Below are positions 19,053-27,434 of a stretch of 57,107 nt of DNA, piece after piece; positions within the stretch are counted from its first letter, which is position 1, and every line of letters starts with the position of its first letter. The DNA is taken from positions 1 to 57,107 of the forward strand of contig CAZLEE010000002.1 of assembly GCA_964558455.1 (NCBI GenBank), given 5' to 3'. This DNA comes from an uncultured Verrucomicrobiota bacterium (GTDB taxonomy: Bacteria > Verrucomicrobiota > Verrucomicrobiia > Limisphaerales > Palsa-1400). The notes under the pieces were generated by a model. That model made no database searches and had not been told where the DNA came from. It worked only from the letters and a program-made list of their open reading frames with translations. The position numbers and the translations under genes are program-made.

Positions 19053-19859
19053 TCACTTCTTGATCCATTGCACGATTTCCTGGGCAATCTCCGCCGGAGA
19101 CTTGTCCTTGACGATTCTGGTGGTGCGTAGTTGTTTCGGCAGCGTCACGCCGGCAAAAGTCAGTCCTTCGCCCGCAAGCTTCACCGGTTTGGCCTTCTGC
19201 AACGACGGCATCACAACGCGCATGTTGGCCATTCCAACCTGCGGATTATTCTTGGGCTCGGGCAAATTTCCCGTGGCCCATCCCAGCAGCGCCGGCGGCC
19301 CGTCGCACTTCGAAACCTGATGTTTGCCACCTTCGATGCGCTCCAGAATTTCCAGCGAACCGTCCGGGTTCACAGTGAGTTGGTCCACGCCTTGGAATTG
19401 ATCAGCGATGCCGAGATGCTCCCCCACCATTTGCATCGTCACGCCCGCGCCGCGCGAGGCCGATTCCCAGCCGCCGAAAACAAGCAGCCTGGATTTGTCG
19501 AGACCGGGGATCGTTTGGATGGCCCCGGCCAAAGCGGCGGCCACCTCAGACGCCTCGGTAAAACCGCTGGCCGGACCGTCGAGCGCCACGAGTTCAAACG
19601 GCACTTTTTGCGCAACCGTCATCATCACCTGCTGAAGCTTTGCCTTCGGGCTAAGGCTGACGAGCCAGACCTTGCTGCCGGGGGCGTTTTTGGCCAGATT
19701 CCCCGCCTCGAAAAGCGCATGGCCCGCCCACGGATCAAGGATGGCGGGCAACATCATTTCATTTTTCAGCGCCGGGCCGGCCGCGCCGGCCACCGGTTCC
19801 AGGGTTTGAAGCGGATCCGGCACGATGCTGCCGCAGACAATAATTTGGTAGGCATTCAT
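19053..19859 (-). CDS. etfB: Electron transfer flavoprotein beta subunit (FixA-like), divergent
   Basis: IIVCGSIVPDP, LDPWAGHALFEA, FGGWESASRGAG, ERIEGG and LPEPK. Adjacent to etfA. Confidence 0.85.
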   Translation of the reverse strand: MNAYQIIVCGSIVPDPLQTLEPVAGAAGPALKNEMMLPAILDPWAGHALFEAGNLAKNAPGSKVWLVSLSPKAKLQQVMMTVAQKVPFELVALDGPASGFTEASEVAAALAGAIQTIPGLDKSRLLVFGGWESASRGAGVTMQMVGEHLGIADQFQGVDQLTVNPDGSLEILERIEGGKHQVSKCDGPPALLGWATGNLPEPKNNPQVGMANMRVVMPSLQKAKPVKLAGEGLTFAGVTLPKQLRTTRIVKDKSPAEIAQEIVQWIKK

Positions 19860-19879
19860 ATATCAACTAAGTTAATAAT

Positions 19880-20485
19880 CTAATGTTTTGGGGCCGCCGG
19901 AAAATGGCGCGCCACCATTTCCCCGGCCTCCTTCAACCATCCGGCGCGCTGCGGCGGCGTGCTGGCGATGACGGGCGTAAAGGTCCGGCGCTGCGCGTCG
20001 CGCACGCCGCAAAGCCCGAACACGCACTTCTTCCACAACCCCTCAAGCGGATCGCCGAAGACCCCGCGTGTGTTCTCCTCGGGGGTGTTGGCGGTGTTGA
20101 AAATAATGGCCGATTTGGCCTTGAGCAGCCCGAACGAAACGATCTCGCCTTTATCGTTGGGACCAAACCGGTAGGCAATTTCCGGGCGCAGCACCCGGTC
20201 GATCCAGCCCTTCAAAATCGCCGGAGGCATGTCCCACCAGTTTGGATGCACGATGATGATGCCGTCGGCGGCGGCTGTTTCCCGGCAATGTTGGGCGATG
20301 ACCGGATCCAGCTTCGCGTCCGTCTCAAACTCGGCGGTGGTAAGGAGCGCGGGGAAATTTTCCTGATAAAGATCATGCAACGCCGGAGTGTGGTTGTTCC
20401 GCGCCAGCGCTTCCATCGCCGCCTGGGCTATGGCGTGGTTGAAACTTTTCGGATTCGGATGGGCCAGGATGATGGAGATGTTCAT
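19880..20485 (-). CDS. Flavodoxin-like NAD(P)H:quinone oxidoreductase (MdaB/KefF family)
   Basis: ILAHPNPKSFNHAI, DLYQENF and IIIVHPNWWDMPPAILKGWIDRV. Confidence 0.92.
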   Translation of the reverse strand: MNISIILAHPNPKSFNHAIAQAAMEALARNNHTPALHDLYQENFPALLTTAEFETDAKLDPVIAQHCRETAAADGIIIVHPNWWDMPPAILKGWIDRVLRPEIAYRFGPNDKGEIVSFGLLKAKSAIIFNTANTPEENTRGVFGDPLEGLWKKCVFGLCGVRDAQRRTFTPVIASTPPQRAGWLKEAGEMVARHFPAAPKH

Positions 20486-20491
20486 TTACTG

Positions 20492-22384
20492 TTAATTTTC
20501 CGCCGAGTGCAATCCGCCCGTGCCGGCATTGAAGGCGACAGCCATGCGTTCGGGGTTTTCCGGCGAGGCGGAAGCGCAGTTCCACAGGCACGCGCCGCAG
20601 TGGACGCATTTCTCGCGGTCAAAATCCGGCACGCCATTCCCGCCGGGAGTAATCGCCTGGCCGGAACAGACTTCGATGCAAAGCTTCGTGCCGCATTGCC
20701 GGCATAGGTTGGGAAAAACAAACGCAACGTGATCGGCGTAGCCCGGCGGCGCCTGCACTTTTCCGCCCATCAATAACGCGTCCTGATGCGAAACAAGCAA
20801 TTGGCCGTCATACGGAATCGCCGGCCAGCCCGCGCGTTCCATCAGGGCGGCATGAGCGGAAACTCCCCGCGCGTAACAATCATCCCGGATACGGCACGCC
20901 TCGTCAGCCGGAATACGGCCCCGAAAATATTCTTCGAGCGAAGGAATGCGTTCCCAAGGGCAAAGCGGTTTGCCGGGAAGCGTCAGACGCCCGCCGCTCA
21001 AACCCGCCAGAGCCATGCCGACCATGCCGGTGACAACGCCCCGTTGGAATCCGTCCCGGGATTTCTCGGCGACGGCGGCTTCACGCCCCACCCAGCTTTC
21101 CTGGCGGCGTTTCACGTAGGTCGCCTCGAGATTTTCTTTTGAGAAAGGCTTTTTCGCCTTGAGCAATTCAATCACCGCCTCCGCCAGTTGCGTTCCCGTG
21201 GCCCAGGCTTCGTCCACTCCTGATCCGGTAAGGACATTGGTGCTGCCGCTGCCTTCACCGATGCGCGCGTAGCCGTCGCCCGCGAGACGCGGCTCGCCCT
21301 GGCGGCCGGATTCGCCCAGCGTCTTCGCGCCCCACGAACGAAGTTTGCCCCCCTTGAGAAACCGCCAGAGATAGGGGTGCATCATCCAATGCTGAAGATA
21401 GCGGTAAGTGGTGCGCATCGGGTTGTCGAACCAGGACGGAACGAATATGCCGAGCGAAGCGACCCGGTCGGGATGCACGTATAAAAAACCGAAAATTTCC
21501 GGCTCGGGATACCCGAAAGTGTGCAGCACGGTGCCCGGTTTAAGCGGCGTGTCCTCTGGCAAATCCACCACAAACTTCATCCCCACCGCCCACTCGCGAA
21601 TGTGGTGGTTTTCCGGCAAACCGAAAAGATCATCCAATTGCCGTCCGATCGGCCCCACCGGACCGTCGCCCACCACGGTCAGCGCGGCGCGAATGTCCAT
21701 GCCCGGCGTGAAGCCGTCAGAGGGCGCGCCTTGTTTGGTCACGCCTTGATCCTGCAACCGGACGCCAACCACTTTTTTATCCTCAACCACCGCCCGCGCG
21801 ACCGGCGTGCCGGGCCAGATTTGAACCGTCCCCGTGTTTTGGATTTGCGCCCCCACCCATTGCATAAACTGTCCCATCGAAAACACCATGCCGCCCTGCT
21901 TGTGGAGAAAGCCCGGCGTCCACGGCAAGCTCAGCGCCTCGTGCTCGACCGGCAGCGCCCATTTGCACGAGCGTATCATTCCGTCGCCCAACCGCAACAG
22001 GGCCGACCGCCGGCTGGCGCCAATCGGATCCAGCAGGTAAAGCACTTTCTCCTCGCCAACCGGCGCGGACATGGGGATGCCCGCCTTTTCAATATCCGGA
22101 ATACTGATGCGCAACGCGCGCGCTTTTGTGACCACGCCGGAAACACCGAAACCGATGTCGTCCGCCCGTTCGTAACAAAGCACCTGTGGCGGCAAACCGG
22201 GCGCCACCGCGCTTTCCACCGCCGGCGTCCCGTCGGCGTTGACCAGTTGTTTGGAGAGCGTGGAAAGAAAGCCCGCCGTGGCCGGCCCAAATCCAACGCA
22301 AACGATATCCGCGTCCATGCGCGGACGTTCAATCGAATCCGGCAAGGGGGCGGTCGTTGCGGAGTTCATGTCAATCACATTCAA
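20492..22384 (-). CDS. ETF:quinone oxidoreductase-like FixC-FixX fusion (FAD plus ferredoxin)
   Basis: DIVCVGFGPA FAD motif, VGDGPVG, WAVGMK, IGEGSG, and C-terminal CRQCGTKLCIEVC and CVHCGACLWNC. Confidence 0.88.
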   Translation of the reverse strand: MNVIDMNSATTAPLPDSIERPRMDADIVCVGFGPATAGFLSTLSKQLVNADGTPAVESAVAPGLPPQVLCYERADDIGFGVSGVVTKARALRISIPDIEKAGIPMSAPVGEEKVLYLLDPIGASRRSALLRLGDGMIRSCKWALPVEHEALSLPWTPGFLHKQGGMVFSMGQFMQWVGAQIQNTGTVQIWPGTPVARAVVEDKKVVGVRLQDQGVTKQGAPSDGFTPGMDIRAALTVVGDGPVGPIGRQLDDLFGLPENHHIREWAVGMKFVVDLPEDTPLKPGTVLHTFGYPEPEIFGFLYVHPDRVASLGIFVPSWFDNPMRTTYRYLQHWMMHPYLWRFLKGGKLRSWGAKTLGESGRQGEPRLAGDGYARIGEGSGSTNVLTGSGVDEAWATGTQLAEAVIELLKAKKPFSKENLEATYVKRRQESWVGREAAVAEKSRDGFQRGVVTGMVGMALAGLSGGRLTLPGKPLCPWERIPSLEEYFRGRIPADEACRIRDDCYARGVSAHAALMERAGWPAIPYDGQLLVSHQDALLMGGKVQAPPGYADHVAFVFPNLCRQCGTKLCIEVCSGQAITPGGNGVPDFDREKCVHCGACLWNCASASPENPERMAVAFNAGTGGLHSAEN

Positions 22385-22390
22385 CGCGCG

Positions 22391-24589
22391 TTATGCCGGG
22401 TAATCCAGCGCCTCGCGCGTCATGACCGTGGTCAGCGCCTCGGCGGCGCGATCCTTGGCCAGACGGCATCCGGTGAGGCAGGTGTCCAGTTTCGCGCGCA
22501 ACGCGACGAACTCTTCCAGTCCGTCGCATTTCACGCACGGCCCCGCTTTGAGCGCATGCGCTTCGCCCGCTTCGGACACGTCGGAAACAGACCGGGCCGA
22601 AGCGTCGATGCCGGGAATAATTCCATCAAGCGAGGTCAGTTCCTCCGCGCCATAACAAGCCTGGCAATTCGCCTCATCCCACGTCGGGTGGCGATTGTAA
22701 CCATGCACGATTTCAGCGGAAATGCGGCCGACTTCGCCTGCGGCGCGGGCCGCTTGAATATGGCAAAGGTCGGTGAAAAACGCCACCGTTCCGGCCAGTC
22801 CTCCGGCCAGCGCCGGATTTTCCGCGCCCTTGGTTTCCAGCTCAATGACGTCAAGAATAAATTGTCTTGAAGCCAGCAGCCAGCACAACGCGTCGGCCAG
22901 TGGGAAGGTCACCCCCTGCCGCGCCTTATGATAAAGCTTCGCGCCATCGGCGTCCGTCGCTGTTTGCGTGTGTTGCAGCGTCCAAAGCCAGAGTTTCATC
23001 GCCGTGGCCAGCGCGCAAGCGCCAGTGCCGGGACGTTCCGACGCCGTACGTTTCATTTCACCAATCCATTGCCTGAATTGGGCCAGGAACAGCTCGTTGG
23101 TCATGGTCATGGAAAGCTGCAACCGCTGCACCGCTTCCGGGCCTTCGTAGGTGGCTTCGAGCTGCGCGTCCATCCATTTCTGGCCCAGGAATCCAGGGCA
23201 ATCCTCCGTCACTCCGTAGCCTCCCATCAGACTGACGGCCTCGCGCATCATGGTCGCGCCGTGGCCGGTGTTCCAAAGTTTGCAGGCCGGGCAAAGTACA
23301 TTGGCCAGCGAATCAAGTTGAACAAACTTTGCCAGCGGACTTTCCATCGGCTGGCGTTTATTGACCAGCAGCAACGCTTCATCCTGCGCCTTGGCCAACT
23401 CCTTGAACGCAGCCCGCCCGGTCAGTTTTTTCCCGGCCAGGATGTTATCTTTCTCCTTCTCCAACGGATCAAGTTCGTCAAACAAACGAGCCGCCGCAAA
23501 GCCCAGCGACGCGCTGGCCTCGCCCGTGGCCCAAATATCCGCCAGGCGATGAAGGGCGTCCTGTTTTTGTTGGATGCCCAGTTCGTAACGCGGCGTGCCG
23601 GGCGCGCCCTGCCCCCCGCGAAAACGCCGGCGTTGATAAAGTATCACCGGCTCGACGGCGGACAGCAGTTTGGCCGCCGTCATCAAACCGACGGTCACAC
23701 GCGTGCGGCGGAACACTGCTTCGATGATTTCGCTGTGGGAATACTTCGGGATAATGACCCCGTCCTTGATTGTGTAGCCGCCGACGATCCGGCTGGCGGG
23801 CACTTTCATGTTGAAAATGGGATCGTTGGTGGACGAAAGTTGATGGACAAGTTTTTTGGTGGGCATGCCCCGATCCCAAAGCCCCGGATCGCTTTCTTCC
23901 AAAATCACCATGCAACTGCCCTTGAGTTTCGGGTCGTCGGATTCGACCGCCACCGTCACCACATTGGCAAAGCCCATGTTCGTGATGAACCGGCCCCGCT
24001 TGTCCACTTGCAGCAACGGTTCCGCACCGTCCTTCCATTCAGCGATTCGCACCCTGCCGGCCAACATGCCGGTCTCGACCCCCACGAACGGAATGGGTTC
24101 GGTCAGGGCGAACGCGGCCCGGACCTGTTTGCGGTTTTCACCGGGTTTGAGCGGCGCGGCATTGACCACATATTTGGCGCGTTGCTCCGGCGTTCCCTTT
24201 TCATGAATCGGGGCCAGCCCAAGATTTCCGGCCAGACTGCATGTGGCGGCGCCCGCGTCCACCCAGGACAATTCAAATGCCATCAACGCCAGCGCGAGAT
24301 TCTTGGGGCCGGCAATGAACCCGCCTTGTTCCGGCTCAAGAAAAGCCGCAGTGATGCCGCTTTCGTCGAAATGCGGCAGGAGGCTGGCTTTGTCCGCCGT
24401 CCACTCGTGCGAATTGCGTCCGCCTTTCGCCACCAACCGCGCCACCGGCCCGCGCGCCACCGCCCGCGCGCCTTGCACCAGCATGTGCAGATCGTATCGG
24501 TCGGCAAAGCGCCACATGACCTGGCGGAGATCATCGGAAGGCAGCGTGGTCAGCGTCGGGGACGGTTTTGCTTCAACAGTGGCATTCAT
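22391..24589 (-). CDS. Large acyl-CoA dehydrogenase family protein with a C-terminal extension
   Basis: AFALTEP, GRFITN, LVHQLSSTNDP, CKLWNTG, AVSLMGGYGVTEDCP and ATYEGPEAVQ. 732 aa. Confidence 0.9.
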   Translation of the reverse strand: MNATVEAKPSPTLTTLPSDDLRQVMWRFADRYDLHMLVQGARAVARGPVARLVAKGGRNSHEWTADKASLLPHFDESGITAAFLEPEQGGFIAGPKNLALALMAFELSWVDAGAATCSLAGNLGLAPIHEKGTPEQRAKYVVNAAPLKPGENRKQVRAAFALTEPIPFVGVETGMLAGRVRIAEWKDGAEPLLQVDKRGRFITNMGFANVVTVAVESDDPKLKGSCMVILEESDPGLWDRGMPTKKLVHQLSSTNDPIFNMKVPASRIVGGYTIKDGVIIPKYSHSEIIEAVFRRTRVTVGLMTAAKLLSAVEPVILYQRRRFRGGQGAPGTPRYELGIQQKQDALHRLADIWATGEASASLGFAAARLFDELDPLEKEKDNILAGKKLTGRAAFKELAKAQDEALLLVNKRQPMESPLAKFVQLDSLANVLCPACKLWNTGHGATMMREAVSLMGGYGVTEDCPGFLGQKWMDAQLEATYEGPEAVQRLQLSMTMTNELFLAQFRQWIGEMKRTASERPGTGACALATAMKLWLWTLQHTQTATDADGAKLYHKARQGVTFPLADALCWLLASRQFILDVIELETKGAENPALAGGLAGTVAFFTDLCHIQAARAAGEVGRISAEIVHGYNRHPTWDEANCQACYGAEELTSLDGIIPGIDASARSVSDVSEAGEAHALKAGPCVKCDGLEEFVALRAKLDTCLTGCRLAKDRAAEALTTVMTREALDYPA

Positions 24590-24601
24590 ATTTTTTTATT
24601 T

Positions 24602-25342
24602 TCACATCTCCGGCAATAAATCGCAAAACCAAAATCCCTTGGTCTGGCGCGCGCCCGGCAACGGAGAGGCGCCGGTCGCGGCGTCTTGCGCCGATTTTTC
24701 AAGCGGACGATAGACTTTTTCACCCACCCTGATTCGCAGGGCCTCCCGGAAAACAGGCCCGGCGAAGGCGAACGAATGATACTCGCCGTTTTCTCCGCAA
24801 GGATCCACGTTGGCAGGCAGCCAGCGGATAAAATCAGCGTCAATCTTCCGGCCCAAGGCCGTTTCATCCAGAAAAGCGTCATTGGCGCAACAGATGATTG
24901 AACCGAAGCCCAGCGCGATAAATTCGCGGATCAATTCCCGCGTATCCGCCTTCCAAATTGGAAAAATGCCCTTCAAATCAAGTTGCGCCAGGTTTTGTTC
25001 GCGCCAGCGCTTGAGGTCTTCCAGAAAAATATCACCGAAGGCCAGGCGCGTCACCCCCTGCGCTTTGTAGGCCAGCAAATGTTCCTTCATTTTTGCCGAG
25101 TATTCGTCGTTGGAACCGTTCTGGCTGACGAACATTTTTTGCAGCGGCAGCCCGATGGCGCGGGCTTGCATCTCAAGCAATTCCACGCGCACACCGTGCA
25201 TGGAGACGCGTTGAAACTGTTCGTTGCAGGTGGTCAGCAGCGATACAATTTCATACTTGTCCTCCGCCATTACCCGGTGCAAGGCCAGCGCGGAATCTTT
25301 TCCGCCACTCCAGCAAAAGACGATCTTTTCTTTTTTCTTCAT
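24602..25342 (-). CDS. PP-loop ATPase, diphthine-ammonia ligase (Dph6/DUF71) family
   Basis: CWSGGKDS, RVSMHG, FGDIFLEDL and DPCGENGEYHSF. Start chosen at MKKKEK. Confidence 0.9.
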   Translation of the reverse strand: MKKKEKIVFCWSGGKDSALALHRVMAEDKYEIVSLLTTCNEQFQRVSMHGVRVELLEMQARAIGLPLQKMFVSQNGSNDEYSAKMKEHLLAYKAQGVTRLAFGDIFLEDLKRWREQNLAQLDLKGIFPIWKADTRELIREFIALGFGSIICCANDAFLDETALGRKIDADFIRWLPANVDPCGENGEYHSFAFAGPVFREALRIRVGEKVYRPLEKSAQDAATGASPLPGARQTKGFWFCDLLPEM

Positions 25343-25494
25343 TTCCTCTTTCGTTTTGCCCGCGACGCCGGGTGCCGGGCCGAAGAGCATGGCGAGGATA
25401 TGTCATGGCGAGCCTCTTTATCAAGTTCGCCGAACCGAAGTTCAAACTGTCGCCAGACAGGCGACAGTTGCCGGTGCGATGCGTGATTGGCTGT

Positions 25495-27330
25495 TCAAGC
25501 CCGTTTCAACCGGACCATCACCACGGTGCATTGCGAGCCGTCCGGACTGATGAATTCGTATTCACCAAAGCTTGCGGGAATAAGGCAGGCTTGCAAAAAT
25601 TCAATGGTGGTCTGGAGGGCGGGATTTGTCTTGGAACGAATGATGACGGACTTGCCCGCCGTGACGGTCGGCACTTGCAGGTAACGCCCCTCCGTGCTGT
25701 GCGTCATCGGCTTGCTGAACACAAATCGTTCGATCTCGAACGGCATCTCGTCCAGCGTTGTGAAACGATCCATGCGCGTGTCGCCGTCGCCGCTCACCAC
25801 TACGGGGCGGGCGCGGAGATGTTCCCGGACGTATTTTTCGCGGCGCCACTTGTTGTTTCGGAACGAGTGTTCAAGATGCACTTTCATGGGGGGCGCGGTC
25901 ATGCTTTTCGCCTTGTCGTCCCAGGTGTGCCGGGCGAAGTCATAGGTGAAAAACGAATATTCCGTGCCGGCCACGCTGGGGCCGGTGTCCATTTCCAGAA
26001 TCATCTGGTTGCCGCCGTGGCCGTGTTCGGTGCCGGGCGGAATCAGGAACAGGTCGCCGACGTTGGTGGGCCAGCGGCAGACGAATTTCTGCCAGTCAAA
26101 GGCTTTCTTGTTGTTGGAGTCGCGGCAAAGGTGCTCGTATTCCTCGAGATTGGCCGTTTCCTTGAATCCCATCATGGTGCCGGCGTCCTTGTAGGCTTCG
26201 ACAATATAATAGGTCTCGTAACGCCCGAACGGCTCGTTGAAATTCCTCCTGACGTAATCAGTGTCGGGGTGGTTGTGGATGGGCATGCTGCCGCGTTCGT
26301 AAGGCACCGGGTCCTTAAAGTAACCGTCATCGAGCCAGACTTGCAGGGGAAGGAGGTCCGGGAATTCCCGATGCACCGTTTCACCGACCAATTGCACGGG
26401 ACGCTGCATGATGTTCTGGCACGGCATGTTCAACGTCGCCCGGCCCACATCGACAAGGATGCCCAGTTCGATGCCGGCCAGTTCGTTCCACGCCATGTTT
26501 TCCAAACCGGGAATCTCATCGTAAATTTCCTTGAACCGGTAGGAACCCCACGGGCCGGGTTGGGTGATCTTGACCTGCTTGATCGGTTGCCGGACCAGTT
26601 CGTCAATGATCGTGTTGTAAGCGGCGGACGGCACAAGCTTGAGCTGCCCCGCGTCCACCGCCTCCAGGTAATAATTCATCCGCGCGAAGGCTTGTTTCTT
26701 CTGCTTGAGCAGCAGATAAAAATCGCAGTAGTAATACTTCTTCCAGGCATAGGCGGCGGAGGGGTCTTCCCGTCCGAAAGTGACCAGCTTGCCGTCCCAC
26801 ATCTGCCACAACAACGGTTGCATGGTGAAATCGGCGTAAAACCGCAAGTCAAACAAATTCTCAAGGGCCGCCAGATCCGCCCCGGGCCCCAGAATGATAA
26901 CCGCCCCGGCCCCGGCCGCAGGCAGGGCGGACAGGCGGGCGCGCAAGGCCTTGATTTTCCCGGCGTCAAGGATGTCCTCCAAACTTCCGGTGCGGTTGAC
27001 GCGGCCGAACGAAGGATCATCCGTCACATAGGGCTGGCGGTAATTCTCAATCTCCGCCTCCGGTTTGTACAATCCCATGGCCGAAATGATTTCCAACGAA
27101 ACGCCTTGGGCCTTGGCGGCGTCGAGGAGGCCGGATTTCAGGCGCGCCCAATCGACGCCATACCAGCCGTCCAGGGCGGCGATGGCGGGTTTGCCCGGTT
27201 TCTTTTTTTCACCAAGCAATTTGACGATGTGGCTGACCACGGTTGAAGTGCCGCACACGACCGATTCCTGGACATGGAGCGGGAGTGCGACATGGTTGGT
27301 GGCGTTCTTTCGGTACTCGTATAAGGGCAT
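25495..27330 (-). CDS. Class I mannose-6-phosphate isomerase-like cupin with a large N-terminal domain
   Basis: QPGPWG, MPIHNHP, ETYYI, LFLIPPGTEHGHGGNQMILE and YDFAR. N-terminal IAALDGWYGVDW segment. Confidence 0.8.
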   Translation of the reverse strand: MPLYEYRKNATNHVALPLHVQESVVCGTSTVVSHIVKLLGEKKKPGKPAIAALDGWYGVDWARLKSGLLDAAKAQGVSLEIISAMGLYKPEAEIENYRQPYVTDDPSFGRVNRTGSLEDILDAGKIKALRARLSALPAAGAGAVIILGPGADLAALENLFDLRFYADFTMQPLLWQMWDGKLVTFGREDPSAAYAWKKYYYCDFYLLLKQKKQAFARMNYYLEAVDAGQLKLVPSAAYNTIIDELVRQPIKQVKITQPGPWGSYRFKEIYDEIPGLENMAWNELAGIELGILVDVGRATLNMPCQNIMQRPVQLVGETVHREFPDLLPLQVWLDDGYFKDPVPYERGSMPIHNHPDTDYVRRNFNEPFGRYETYYIVEAYKDAGTMMGFKETANLEEYEHLCRDSNNKKAFDWQKFVCRWPTNVGDLFLIPPGTEHGHGGNQMILEMDTGPSVAGTEYSFFTYDFARHTWDDKAKSMTAPPMKVHLEHSFRNNKWRREKYVREHLRARPVVVSGDGDTRMDRFTTLDEMPFEIERFVFSKPMTHSTEGRYLQVPTVTAGKSVIIRSKTNPALQTTIEFLQACLIPASFGEYEFISPDGSQCTVVMVRLKRA

Positions 27331-27434
27331 GGGGATGGATATTAGGCGATGGGGGCAGTATCGCGCAATAAATCTGTTTTCAAAAAAAAATTCCCCTGTA
27401 TTTTCGTCCGGATTCGGATATATTCCGGGGATAA

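Noticed and set aside
27382-27390. A9 homopolymer as a phase-variation switch
   Set aside because: It is a single intergenic run with no evidence of length variation or a defined promoter-spacer position.
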